From Nemertoderma westbladi (lineage: Eukaryota; Animalia; Xenacoelomorpha): DNA of 64,000 nucleotides. This document shows positions 13,958 to 25,254 of the stretch, in pieces. Location: positions 1-64,000 of the forward strand of contig JAUCBJ010006747.1 in NCBI GenBank assembly GCA_032718475.1, given 5' to 3'. The translations under genes were made by a program, and so were the position numbers. The notes below the pieces were generated by a model. The model was not told the origin of the DNA, searched no databases, and saw nothing but the letters and a program-made list of their open reading frames with translations. Numbering within the stretch: the stretch's first letter is position 1; each line of letters opens with the position of its first letter.

Positions 13958-14661
13958 CATCAATGTTTATTGTTTATTTAAAAAAATTTTGTAAAATACA
14001 TCGTTTGCCAGTTGGGCCTAGTTTATTTAATACTGGGTTAATTTTTCGTTTGAGTTTTTATATTGTATTTCTTTGTATTTCTGCAGCCGTTGGCGGTGGT
14101 GGTGGTGCGGCTGCACCGGCAGCTTCTGCGTCCAACACCATGATGAATTTTGTGATGCCGGGAGCTGGGGGTAGAAAGCAACCTCAACAATCGAACCATG
14201 AGAAGGATTATGGATGTTGAAATGCGTTACAAATTCAAGTACCGGTACACTCTGGGGCGACGAAGTAAGCGGACTTAGCATACGGGTCCCGCTGTTTCAA
14301 CATTTGTCTGTCTGTCCATAACTGTCGGGTCGGTCAGTCTAAGTCTAACCTATCTGTCAACAAATCTTTGAAGACTAATAACTCAAGTCAATTTTTGATC
14401 AAATTAAACCAAACTGGGTAGGCCTATACAATATGTAGTCTATCGAAAGTCTGAAATATAAATTGCGTGGGAGGACTCAGCAGTTCTCCAGTCACCCGCT
14501 TGAGGGCCACTAGATAACGGTTGAAATAGTGGAACCCTGTATGATAAGGCTCCCACGAAGGTGTACTGTACATCACAGGCTATTGTTACAGTAGTTGTTG
14601 CATGTTTTTATCGGATACTGTAGGCATACCTTGTCTGCAGTAAGTTGTTATTTTAATATTA
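13958..14661 (+). pseudogene. Orphan duplicate of exon 2 and 3' UTR of the membrane-protein gene at 50384-55101
   Basis: Near-identical to 54748-55531 from CATCAATGTTTATTG to TAAGTTGTTATTTTAATATT, with deletions removing the QQYPP repeats and PPAY. Confidence 0.9.
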
Positions 14662-16739
14662 TTGCTGAAAACATTGTATACTGTTTGTTCTTCAGGTGCT
14701 TTATTAGTACTAGTTGGTGCTCGCAATTACCAATATTATTAATACAACGAAATATCACTGAATATCACTGATGGTCGGTCAACCGCCAAAAGATCCAATA
14801 GGAGTCTAGAAATTCACGAATTCACAAATTCTAGAAATGGCAGGCTACCAACCGACATTCAATACAACCCCCCTTCCCCCCACCCCCCCCCCCCCCCCCT
14901 CCCCCAACATGCCATACCGTTCCCTTACGTGCAAATACGTTCCCTTAAGTGCAAATGAATAAACACATCAGAAAATTATAAAAACATAATTGAATTAGGA
15001 CGGATGATAGAGGCCGACACGTGTTTGTCCTGGTTAATTTTTGCGCAAATTGAGCCTTTCAAATATGTCTGTACATTGTCCATTAGTTCTAGTGCGCTCT
15101 TTGTGGACAGTGCTACTAGTCCCTTTGTAATAGTATTAGTGTACCGATCCTTAGTAGTCCCTTTGTATTAGTATTAGTGTACCGAGAGAAAGCCGCCGCA
15201 ATATTACATTATTATAACAACATATCCATTGGGTAAGAAAGTGGAGGAGAGCCAGCCCGTCTCTTAATTTTTTACTTTATATTACGCGATCAATTTTCAC
15301 TCATCTCGTCATGAACCCAACATGTATGTAACCTTTTGTTAAATTTGTTGGCTATGCGTTTGCGGTTGTTTGGGCGGAGTGTGGTAGGCCTACACTTTTC
15401 ACACTTAAATATTTTGGTTGTTAAATGTTACAGGGCATAGCGATCTGAGATATTTCATTTATATTTTATTATGAGAGGAAGAAGAACATACAACGTTATT
15501 TACTATATATGTAACGAAATAATTGTTTTCGGGTTTAACTTGGAAGCCTCCAATGGAAGTTGATATACAATTATATATAAATTATTTCCATAGTCATGGC
15601 AGCATGGTCATTCACCCGTCTTTAGTTAGAAATTTGTTTGCATGAAAGACAGTTTAGTTTAGTTTTTACTGATTTATTATCTCTTATCTGGCTGGGGTAA
15701 TAATATAGGATAGGATAAATGGAAGCAAAGTGTGGCAGTGACAAATATTTCCCCGACACCCTAGCATGTCTTAAGTATATGATATCACAAAGGGGGAAGT
15801 TTGGATTCACTGCATAAATGCAGTTCACCAAACTTCCCCCGAATGCACACTGTAACTTCCCACTTCCCCCAAATATCCACTGTTGAATTAATTTGAAGCG
15901 ATATAATAAGTACAAAATTGTGCGAGTTTTTAATTGTGTGGTCCATTTGTTATTTGATCTCTATTTATTGTTTAAAGTGCTTTTAATATCACACTGGTTT
16001 TTAGAATATTAGAACCTTATGTTTTATTAATTTACCCAATTGAGCCCTTATAAGGGCCGGTTATTTGTACGCATATCCCTAATGCGCTCAGTATGGTCCA
16101 AACAACATATTAATATGAAAATAAAGTATCTGCAAAGAAAAGAACCCAATACTATATAATTTGACCTTATTAAAAAATTTGCACTTTTGCAAACTTATTT
16201 GTACAAGTGCACTTTAGCAGATCGTAATGGTGGCTCTTATTTAACAAACTTATGTTTATCCTCTATCGATCTACGATTGTGTATGATCAAGTGTCAGTCG
16301 CTAAAAGTGTCAAAAATACAATTTAATAAATCTCGACATTTGCGATTTTGGACCATATTCATGGACAATTTAAGTCACGTTATAGACATAAAAAAGTTAA
16401 ACACATGTTACGATTATAGTTAGAAATCACTCTAAATTACATTTTAATCCAAAAAATAACATTCTATGATGAATAGAACTGGAAATAATAATGTTTAAAA
16501 TGTATAAAAAATGTGCACTTTTTAAGTGCATTTTGCACTAAGTGCACATAAGTCTTTTCCCAAGTTGTATCCTATTTCACACACTACAATATATCCTCTA
16601 TCCAATGAAAAACGTTTCAGATTAAACGGCCCAGTAGAACCAAAGTTATTGATGTTTAAAAAGAGTCACTCGAAAATTTCAAATTCTCTTGTGGATATCA
16701 ATCACGTCAACGATACCTAAGTTCGCGGGTACGAAATCC

Positions 16740-18070
16740 AATATTGACCATTCTTATAGGGTTACAAACAAGGCCAAGTAAAATGGGGGTAACCACAATC
16801 TCCAGCAAAAACGCGGTCATGAAGATGAGGATGGGACGGTGTAGAATCGAAGCGATGACACCAGGGTGCGACTATGGGGCTACGTTCGAACCCATAAAAA
16901 TAATAGAGTCGATCAATATTAATGCCAGGCGACCTACAAAGATCGAGATCGAGCAATACCGGTACCTGGACGAGATCGACTACTCCGTACCTGAACTGGA
17001 CGCCCCGAAAGTGTCTCTCATAGTCGGCATGGATTGTCCGACAGCGCACGAGAGGCTAGAAACCATTTTCGGCAATGACAGAGAGCGAGACCCGATGGCC
17101 ATTCTCATGCTTTTTGGGTGGACGCTCACTGGCCCAATGAAGACGAGGGCCCCGTTGGCGTATCCGAAACATCTGGATGCATGCTGTCCAGTACCATGGA
17201 GGAAGGATATCAGAAGTCAAGGACGGGTGATGGGGAGGTCCCATATGAGAAGCAGCCCGGGAAAGGATATCAGGAGTCGGGGGTGGGTATGGATCTGGAT
17301 CCACGTATAGTGGAAAGGGTGGAGGACGAATCCGGAGAAGTACCATTGGTAGAGGAGACAGGACGACAAGTAACAGCAAGGGAGTGGGCGGAGGAGAATG
17401 GGTTCGATGCACAGGACCTAGAGGCGGTGGGATGGGACAAAGAAGTCCCTGGCGAGTATCGGTAAGGGAATGGGGAAGAGTGGATGGCGAGGTATCCGGA
17501 GAGATGTCTGGAAGAGACACCGATCTTAGAGGGTATAAAGAATATACCGATACTAAGGAGGTCGAATAAGAAGACAAGGTGGAAAGGGAGAGGAGCCGAT
17601 GATAAAGGGTAATGGAGATAGGAAAGTTAGAGGAGACGTGTTGCACACGGGGCTGGCAGAATGCGAGGGGGCATTAAATGGTAAGCCGTTTAATTTAAAG
17701 GATGACCAAGGGTCATCGGGGGCTTTAACGCCGGCGCACATATTGAGGGGGAGGCCAGCAGAGGTGGCATGTACCAATGATGATGACATGAAGGGCGGCA
17801 TTCTACCGCCAAGTGATGACAAGATGAAGGGTGGTGAGACGGGATGGGTGGAGGGTGGGAAGACAATGAGGAGTTCTGTGAGGAGATAGAAAGATCCGAT
17901 CTTAGGGTGGAGGAGAAGGGAAAGTCAGATCCAAGAGATTTGGAATCGATAAGGAGAGTGGGGCGGAGAATAAGAGGAACTACAGGGGGGCAGTGGAGAG
18001 TTGCCTGCTGGAGGAATCGCCCTTAGGTTGTTGAGTCGTCCAATATATTGGACTGAGGGGGGTGGGAATG
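16740..18070 (+). mobile_element. Degenerate BEL/Pao pol fragments
   Basis: SLIVGMDCP..PMAILMLFGWTLTGP (post-protease motif) and LHTGLAECEGALNGKPF..ALTPAHILRGRP (BEL integrase C-terminal motif EAILNSRPL..LTPAHFL.G). Confidence 0.7.
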
Positions 18071-18287
18071 AGGGCGAGACGCCCTTCCCACACACTAAAC
18101 AAAAATAAAATAAAAATAAAATAAAATAAGTAGTAAAACATTAGTAGCAAGGTACGCTGTAGGTAGACATTATGTACGTCTGATGGGTATGGACGTACCA
18201 ACGTACATAATACATAGGTGTAGGTAGTTACAATTACGTACGTCGGACGGGTGCAAAATGTACCAACGTACCTAATTTACATACGAA

Positions 18288-18640
18288 CTATTGTGGGCAC
18301 TGAGGGCGCCACATGAGGAGTTGAGGGGGGGTATGTACGCATACCGTAGTAGAAGGGTACGCAGTACCATAAGTACGTAACATGTACTATTGTGGGCACT
18401 GAGGGCGCCACGTGAGGAGTTGAGGGGGGTATGTACGCATACTGTAGTAGAAGGGTATGCAGTACCATAGTGAGGATTAGGAGGGGTATACATTGCGTAT
18501 GTCTGATGGGCACAATGTGCCAACAACGTATGTAATAAATACCAGCACAAGCCGGGTCAATGGGACCAATAATTATACATAATGCGTACAATAGTGGGCA
18601 TTGAGGGCGCCACGTGAGGAGATGAGGGGGATATGTAGGC
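18288..18640. repeat. Three dispersed/tandem copies of a ~55-bp core (first two ~101 bp apart)
   Basis: GTGGGCA(C/T)TGAGGGCGCCAC(A/G)TGAGGAG(T/A)TGAGGGGG at ~18293, ~18394 and ~18594. Confidence 0.8.
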
Positions 18641-19035
18641 ATGGTAGGATAGACTGTGTAGGCCGCACGAACTAGACTACTGTAGCGCATAGCCCGTAGT
18701 GCAGAGTTAGAACATTGCTACAGAGCCAGAAGGTTGTCTGGTAGGAAGCTAGTACAAGAGTAAGAAAATTGTAGCTAGTCTTCTCTGTAGACAAGTAGTG
18801 ATGAATTACTTACATAGTAATTGAGTAGTAGATAATGTAATAGAACGTCAATTGAGGTTGGGGAGTGAACACAGCACTGAAGAATCAGTGGTAAATTGGC
18901 ACATAGAGGACGATCACTCATACGAAACACTGGCAGAACGCAGATAGGAGGTAGACCATCACTGATTTAAACAAATTAAGACCATACTTCGTTATATCTT
19001 ACCCTACTGAGCCTTTCTAAGGCACCACCAGTCTG

Positions 19036-19458
19036 GTGAGAGAGGAGAATCGTGATGGCGGAGAAACTATGAAGGAGTTTATCGTATTCCATGGAGAGGG
19101 GCGGATATATATGGTCCCGGATGACGTGGAGACAGTAGAGAATGACGGTGGGACAAGAAAGGGGTCAGGAGGGTCGAGTAGAACTATATTGCTGCATTTA
19201 GTGGCGGTGAACGGAGATATTTTTCTATTTGATCTAGCGACCTATGGTAGAAAGACTGGGCCAAAGTTGAACCACCTACCGGATGCGATGCAGAAGCTAG
19301 TAAGGTCAAAGACTACGATCGAGATTGGATCGGTGATACGCGGCAATGTGGAGAGGATTATTGGACCGGGCACCCCAAATCTTCTGGCCATGCAGGTAGT
19401 CTGCATGGCTATGACGAAACCAGGTGGATTAGGATTGGTGGATAACACGGGACAATAG
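19036..19458 (+). pseudogene. DEDDy (RNase D/WRN-like) 3'-5' exonuclease remnant in the LTR element
   Basis: ILLHLVAVNGDIFLFDL..LPDAMQKLVRSKTTIEIGSVIRGNVERI resembles LLQLA..LFDL..LP..L..LL..IKVG..I..D; the catalytic acidic residues appear degenerate. Confidence 0.45.
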
Positions 19459-19725
19459 GGAGTCGTGGTCATGGGTCAGTTGATGGGGCTCATGCCGATG
19501 GAGTGGAACAAGTTCCGAGAGGAATACGGTGTGGGACTTGTGAATTCATTCAAGTGGGGGCGAGACGGGGAGAGACGAGTTATATCACTTCCGAAAGGGG
19601 GGCTTAAAACACGTCGTGTAGACGAATATATAATGTATAATATACATACTATAGTCAGATATAACCTTTTCCAATTAGCTACTGGGACTGGGGACTAATT
19701 GACTGGAACAGGAGGATAAGACGAG

Positions 19726-20135
19726 AGTAGTAGGAGAAGCAGTGTCCCCCTCATAGTCCTCCCTAGCTTGGGCTATGGGCATTCCATTCGGAGGGCTATT
19801 AAAAATGCCAATTTCCGGTGCTAAATTGTGGTGGGCGCCATATGTCACCATCGGCAGTTGCCATCAACCAATCGTAGCGTAGCCTAACCTCGCGATGCCC
19901 GCCTTACTCGACTACTGACTAACTACTAACCCTAATGTTATTCACCTTTTCGCCACGTTACCACCACTGTATACTGTATTTATGGTGACGACAACGACGA
20001 CGTGGCCGTCTACACGCATCACGCATATATTATATTATATCGATTGCCAACTCAACGATTTACCCACTGCCAAACCAACCAACCAGTATGATACATGAAA
20101 TTCCGCCACGTTCCAGCTACGCGTATACGAGCATT
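19726..20135 (+). repeat. Left TIR of the Maverick
   Basis: Reverse complement of 43338-43787; first ~240 bp almost identical, inner part has indels. Confidence 0.95.
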
Positions 20136-20381
20136 AGTGATTATTATTATTATTATTACGCAGAACCAAATAATTTTTGATTATACAGTAGTTCCCTACC
20201 AGCTAATCAACTAACCAATCAATAAACCGAATTTAGGCTATTTCTCAGTTTAAGACCTGTATTATTTTTGAAAATATCTTATATATAATCTCTTGCTTTA
20301 ATCACAATTAATCATTTGTAATGGTTTTAGTTTAAAAGTTTTTACTTTGTTTGTTTGATTTACAATAAAATAAATTAAATA

Positions 20382-20825
20382 ATGTCTTCTAATTCCGATA
20401 TGGTTATGCCAATAGTAAGGCATTCATTTTTTGCAGAAGATGGTGAAGCCTATATTGTTATTGATTATACAATTTACCGTCGGGGAGATGATAAATATAA
20501 AATTGAGTTTTCTGAAAAAGCCAGGAAAGTTTTAAGCTCAATTGATATTGATGCTTCTGATAATAGTATTCATCTCTTAGATTACAACCTGAAAGTTGAG
20601 CATGAGGGAAAATTAATCAATATCTTACTATTATCCATGATAGAGGGGTTAATTGTCATTACACAATACAACGAAGCTGGTGAAAAGTTTGAAATATGGC
20701 TAAATCGGCATAGCCCCTACGAAATTATGTCTTTCTTTATTGTAATGATTTCAAAAGAATCCTTTGTCGAAACTGAAGAATCAACAGATAATGTTGAATA
20801 TGTTGATAATATCATTGATTCTTGA
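20382..20825 (+). CDS. Maverick accessory ORF, unknown function (147 aa, acidic)
   Basis: Intact ATG-initiated ORF just inside the left TIR; no recognisable motif. Confidence 0.55.
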   Translation: MSSNSDMVMPIVRHSFFAEDGEAYIVIDYTIYRRGDDKYKIEFSEKARKVLSSIDIDASDNSIHLLDYNLKVEHEGKLINILLLSMIEGLIVITQYNEAGEKFEIWLNRHSPYEIMSFFIVMISKESFVETEESTDNVEYVDNIIDS

Positions 20826-21018
20826 CTTTTCCCGCTATATTATAAATATTTTATGATTATTTATAAAATTTTGATGTTTTTAATTATGAAAAAAAAAAAA
20901 AAAACATCAAATTTTAAATAATCAAAAATTGTAGTAGTAATTGTATATACAGTATAACAGATTTGTTTGTTGTTGTGTATTGAGGTAATTATTTTCAATT
21001 TACTTTAAAATTTGGAAA

Positions 21019-21468
21019 ATGGATATTTTAAATGAAAAATGTCCAGTTTGCTATTCTAAGTTATTGCAACATCGAGATTATTATAAATGTGAAAATAAAC
21101 ATGCAACTTGCGTACAATGTATTGTACAATATTCCGAAATGAATAATTATTGTTCTAAAATTTGTCCTATTTGTCGCGCACCCATATCTAAGTTTAATAT
21201 AAAGTTGGCAAGATACCAACCCTATTATTGGAAAGAGCTTCGAAATATAACTTATATTTCTGCGGAAAGTAATGATCCGGGAGATTTATTTACAATATTG
21301 GAGAATATTTTTTATAGAAATGTAGTACGACGGTGTTGCTACTATATTCCTTATTTTTTTAGCAGCGAACATAAAAAAATCATTAGCGCGAAATTCTCGG
21401 GAAGTGATTTCCAAACCGCCGATGTTACCTATCATTATTTCGCGTATAAAGATGCTCACCATGCTTGA
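21019..21468 (+). CDS. RING finger (C3HC4) protein, putative E3 ligase
   Basis: CPVC-x11-C-x3-HATCVQC-x14-CPICR. Confidence 0.8.
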   Translation: MDILNEKCPVCYSKLLQHRDYYKCENKHATCVQCIVQYSEMNNYCSKICPICRAPISKFNIKLARYQPYYWKELRNITYISAESNDPGDLFTILENIFYRNVVRRCCYYIPYFFSSEHKKIISAKFSGSDFQTADVTYHYFAYKDAHHA

Positions 21469-21690
21469 AATTACATTGAAAATGAGTCTATACTATAATT
21501 GGAAATAGCACCTTTTGTTGCAGCGAGCGTCACATACTGTAGTTGTGTCATATGTTAATTAAATATACAGTACTCTAATATTGTAATTGCATCAATTATT
21601 GTTATATACATAGTAATGGTGATGGTTTATTGATATTGATATTTATATTATATATATTATATTGTTGATATATCTTAATAATAATAATAA

Positions 21691-22353
21691 ATGGCTGACT
21701 TTAATTCAGGTCCATATAATTTAAACTTTCAAATGGGAACGAGTATGATAATTTCTGGCCCATCTGGTTCTGGAAAGTCAACATTTGTTAGCAATTTAAT
21801 TAAACACAAGAATGGTTGTTTCAACGAAGCCCCATTGCGAGTATTGTATTGTTACGGGAGCAATCCCCCAACTATTCCTGGTATTACTCACCTTTACAAA
21901 GGTTTGCCAGAAAATATAGATAGTTTAGTGAATAGTCGAGATTTATTAATTATAGTTATTAATATGATTTATTAACAGAAACTGAGTCCAGTACAGCTTT
22001 AACTGTATTGTTTACTAAGGTAGCTCATCATTCCAATATATTTATTTGTTTTATAACGCAAAACATGTTTTACGGTGGGAAGCATAACCGCACAAGATCA
22101 ATTAATAGCCATACTTTAGTATTAATGAAAAATCCGCGAGACAGTTTATCGGTTTTAAATTTCGCGAAGCAGATGTTACCAGGGCAGACCAAATTTTTAG
22201 TAGATTCCTATCAAGATGCGACTATTGAACCATTTTCGCATTTCTTAATTGATTTACGACAGGAAACACCCTAACATTTAAGATTTAGATCGGATATATT
22301 TCGTAATCATAATTGTTACATTAAAAATTACATTGACTATAAACGTAGCGATA
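21691..22353 (+). pseudogene. A32/FtsK-like genome packaging ATPase (disrupted)
   Basis: Walker A GPSGSGKS; Walker B LLIIDDL restored by removing an 8-bp insertion TTATTAAT (~21956-21963); HH.N...ITQN, KNPRD and IDL motifs; premature TAA at 22272. Confidence 0.9.
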
Positions 22354-22410
22354 ATAATAATAATAATAAATAATTAATATTTTATAACAATTTTCAATAA
22401 TGTTGCAACA

Positions 22411-22794
22411 ATGAATAGACTTGTGCAGAAATATCGTAACGAACTGGAATTTCTACGCAGCGCTACCCCTCAACAAAGAACTTATTTTATTAACCATACC
22501 GCGAGTAACGAATTAATACAGCTCATTGTAAATACTGCATTAAATGTTCTAAAAGGTAACGTACAATTGACCCCTCATTCATTTAGAAATATTCGCCACT
22601 ATAAAAAGGTATTGAAATCACTCAACCGTAAAACAAAAAATATATCAAGTTACAGAAAAAAGTTAAGCAATCAATCTGGAGGCATACTACCGTTTCTAAT
22701 ACCCTTACTCGGCATTGGTGCGAAACTCGCCGCGAGTGCCGGTGCTGCTGCCGCTGGAGCGGCTATTGCGAAAAAAATTAACCGTGGACGGTAA
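22411..22794 (+). CDS. Small basic virion protein with QSGG protease site and hydrophobic C-terminus
   Basis: K/R-rich N-terminal part, then NQSGG|ILPFLIPLLGIGAKLAASAGAAAAG; located between ATPase and integrase. Confidence 0.7.
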   Translation: MNRLVQKYRNELEFLRSATPQQRTYFINHTASNELIQLIVNTALNVLKGNVQLTPHSFRNIRHYKKVLKSLNRKTKNISSYRKKLSNQSGGILPFLIPLLGIGAKLAASAGAAAAGAAIAKKINRGR

Positions 22795-22796
22795 TA

Positions 22797-22967
22797 ATGG
22801 TTAAAACAGGAGTAACATTTAGAAAATTATATTTAGTATCGAGTAAACCGTTAGCTACTGATTTAAAACCTCAAGATATACCTAGAGTAAATACTACAAA
22901 AAGAAAACCCTTTAAAACATCAACTTCAAAGAAAATAATTAAAAAATTTCAGTTGTTTTTACGGTGA
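22797..22967 (+). CDS. Short lysine-rich ORF (56 aa)
   Basis: ATG 2 bp after the previous stop; MVKTGVTFRKLYLVSS...KKIIKKFQLFLR; below the ORF-track cutoff. Confidence 0.35.
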   Translation: MVKTGVTFRKLYLVSSKPLATDLKPQDIPRVNTTKRKPFKTSTSKKIIKKFQLFLR

Positions 22968-23018
22968 TGCCCTTTATAAGAGATTTGAATATACATATTA
23001 CTTGCGGTTGTCGAAAAG

Positions 23019-24108
23019 ATGCCACGCAAGATGAAACCGATTTTAAGCCGAAGCTTAGACAAAAAACTGTTAAGAATTTATTTAGATCCTTCATTCCCTG
23101 CGGGTTTGGCAAGTATCGCAAAATTAGCAAAAGCCGCAAACATCAAACCAGCTCAAGCCCAGAAATGGTTGAGCGGGCAAAAGACATACTCCCTTCACGC
23201 ACCATGTAGACATCATTATCCAACATCTAAAATATTTACGGGAGGCTTAAAAGATATATATATGATAGATCTGGTGGATATGCAGCAATATAAATCGCAA
23301 AATAATAATTATAACTATATATTAACATGTATTGATGCCTTTAGCCGGCTTGCTTTTGCCTATGGTATGAAAACAAAAAAGGGTATTGAAATTATTAGTA
23401 TATTGCAAAAAATATTCCAGAAAGGAAAACCAAACAGAATCGCAACTGATCAAGGGTCTGAGTTTCTAAATAAATCTGTAAGGAAATATTTAGATACTAT
23501 TGGTATACAGTATTATGTAATGTATTCTGTGAATAAGGCGGCTATTGTCGAGAGATTCAATAGAACATTAAAAACAAAGATGTTCAAAATTTTCACGCAA
23601 CGAGGAAATAATGTTTGGATAAAAATTTTACCGAAGCTCATTTATGCTTATAATAGGTCAGATCATAGGACAATAAAAATGACACCCATTGAAGTTAATA
23701 AATTTAATGAAACTGAATTAATGAATAGATTATATGGGAAATATAGACAGATTAATCACAAGAAAATAAAATTTAAAGTTGGAGATACAGTACGATTATC
23801 TATCGCTCGTACTGCTTTTGCTAAAGGCTATTGAGAACAATGGACACGTTAATTATTTATTATTCATCGGGTCAGATTGGATAGAGTACCAGCGGTAATG
23901 TTCGATATTAAGGACAGCGCTGGAGCTATAATAAATGGCTCATTTTATTCATACGAACTCCAAAAGGTCCACCCGAATAGTAATATTTATCTCCCGATTG
24001 ATAAAAATATTGGCAAACTTAAAGAACGTGTACGCAATGGGAAAAAATAATATTTAGTCCGATTCATCGGATCCAAGAAACAGTCGTGGGTACAGCATAT
24101 TCAATAAG
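23019..24108 (+). pseudogene. Retroviral-like (rve) integrase with C-terminal chromo-like tail, premature stops
   Basis: IDLVDM, CIDAFSR, TDQGSEF, KAAIVERFNRTLK (DDE core); FKVGDTVR..AKGY*EQWTR*LF; tail YELQKV..YLVRFIG..SWV. Confidence 0.92.
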
Positions 24109-24372
24109 TTTAGGTTTATACTGTATATTAATTCATTTTGGTCACATATGTCCGTAATTAATTAATCAATCAATATTAACTCGAATGATATTACTATACT
24201 ATAGTTCATTTGCTTTAAATAAAGCCAGTAAAATATTGATCCCTCGCATATACTGTAGAAGCGAAGCGGGAATGAACGTGGTCACCGATGTCTATAATTT
24301 AACATTATACCGTACTGTACTGTACTGTATGTACAAAGGAGTCAAGTAGAGAGAGCTTAAATAATAATAATA

Positions 24373-25254
24373 ATGGCTGTAGATACATATATCACTCTAC
24401 TTTCAGATAGCTCATTAAACACTTACCCCAATAATAACCCTAGCGAGTTTCCTGTTGATTTAGCCGAAGAATTATATATTGGTCCAAACGCTAAAATTGG
24501 ACTCGCGGAGATACAATACCAAGCAACATACAGTAATATTACTCTGCAAACTCAAATCTCGCTGTCAATCGGTGTAGATGCAAAAGATGCCAAATTATAT
24601 AGTTTATTTCCTGGTATGCATAGCTCTATTCAAGTCATTATTGATGATATAAATAAACTGTTTAATTCTGAAGCAAAATATAGAGATTTCGAATTCATTT
24701 TTAATACAAATAATTCTAGAATTAAATTTAAATTTCCTAAAAAGTTGAAAAAAATACAATTAAGTCTACGTGGTGATTTAATTCAAATTCTAGGCTTAAA
24801 ACCGTTATTGGATCAGAATCATCCGAGTATTCCGAATTGGGATATATACAGTACCACTACAGTGGATGAATTAAGCAATATAGAACAGCCGATATTAATT
24901 TTAAATTATAGTGGACCAAAAATTTCGGAAATTGGGATTTTAGATTTTCCAGCTCCCACAAATATTACTCGTAATAAAGATACTATCTTCATATATACAG
25001 ATATTATTAAGAGCTCATTTGTTGGTGACGCTTTAGCACCGCTCTTAAGAACCTGTCCTTTAACACAATTAAATCAAAAATATATTAATCACGAATACGA
25101 GAGCATTTGCTATTACCCGTTGTTGAATAAAAAACTAAAAACAATCTTAATTACTTTACGTGACGGTCAAGGTGAATTAATTAATTTCAACTGTGGTCGC
25201 ACTGTTATAACACTTAAGTTAATACGCGGTGGTGGTGGTGGTGGTGATGGATGA
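24373..25254 (+). CDS. Minor capsid protein (penton) 1
   Basis: N-terminal YITLLSDSS...YPNNNPSEF, GLAEIQY, IFIYTDII...VGD...PLLR, YYPL...I.I.LRD..GELINF..G..VITL typical of Polinton minor capsid proteins. Confidence 0.85.
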   Translation: MAVDTYITLLSDSSLNTYPNNNPSEFPVDLAEELYIGPNAKIGLAEIQYQATYSNITLQTQISLSIGVDAKDAKLYSLFPGMHSSIQVIIDDINKLFNSEAKYRDFEFIFNTNNSRIKFKFPKKLKKIQLSLRGDLIQILGLKPLLDQNHPSIPNWDIYSTTTVDELSNIEQPILILNYSGPKISEIGILDFPAPTNITRNKDTIFIYTDIIKSSFVGDALAPLLRTCPLTQLNQKYINHEYESICYYPLLNKKLKTILITLRDGQGELINFNCGRTVITLKLIRGGGGGGDG

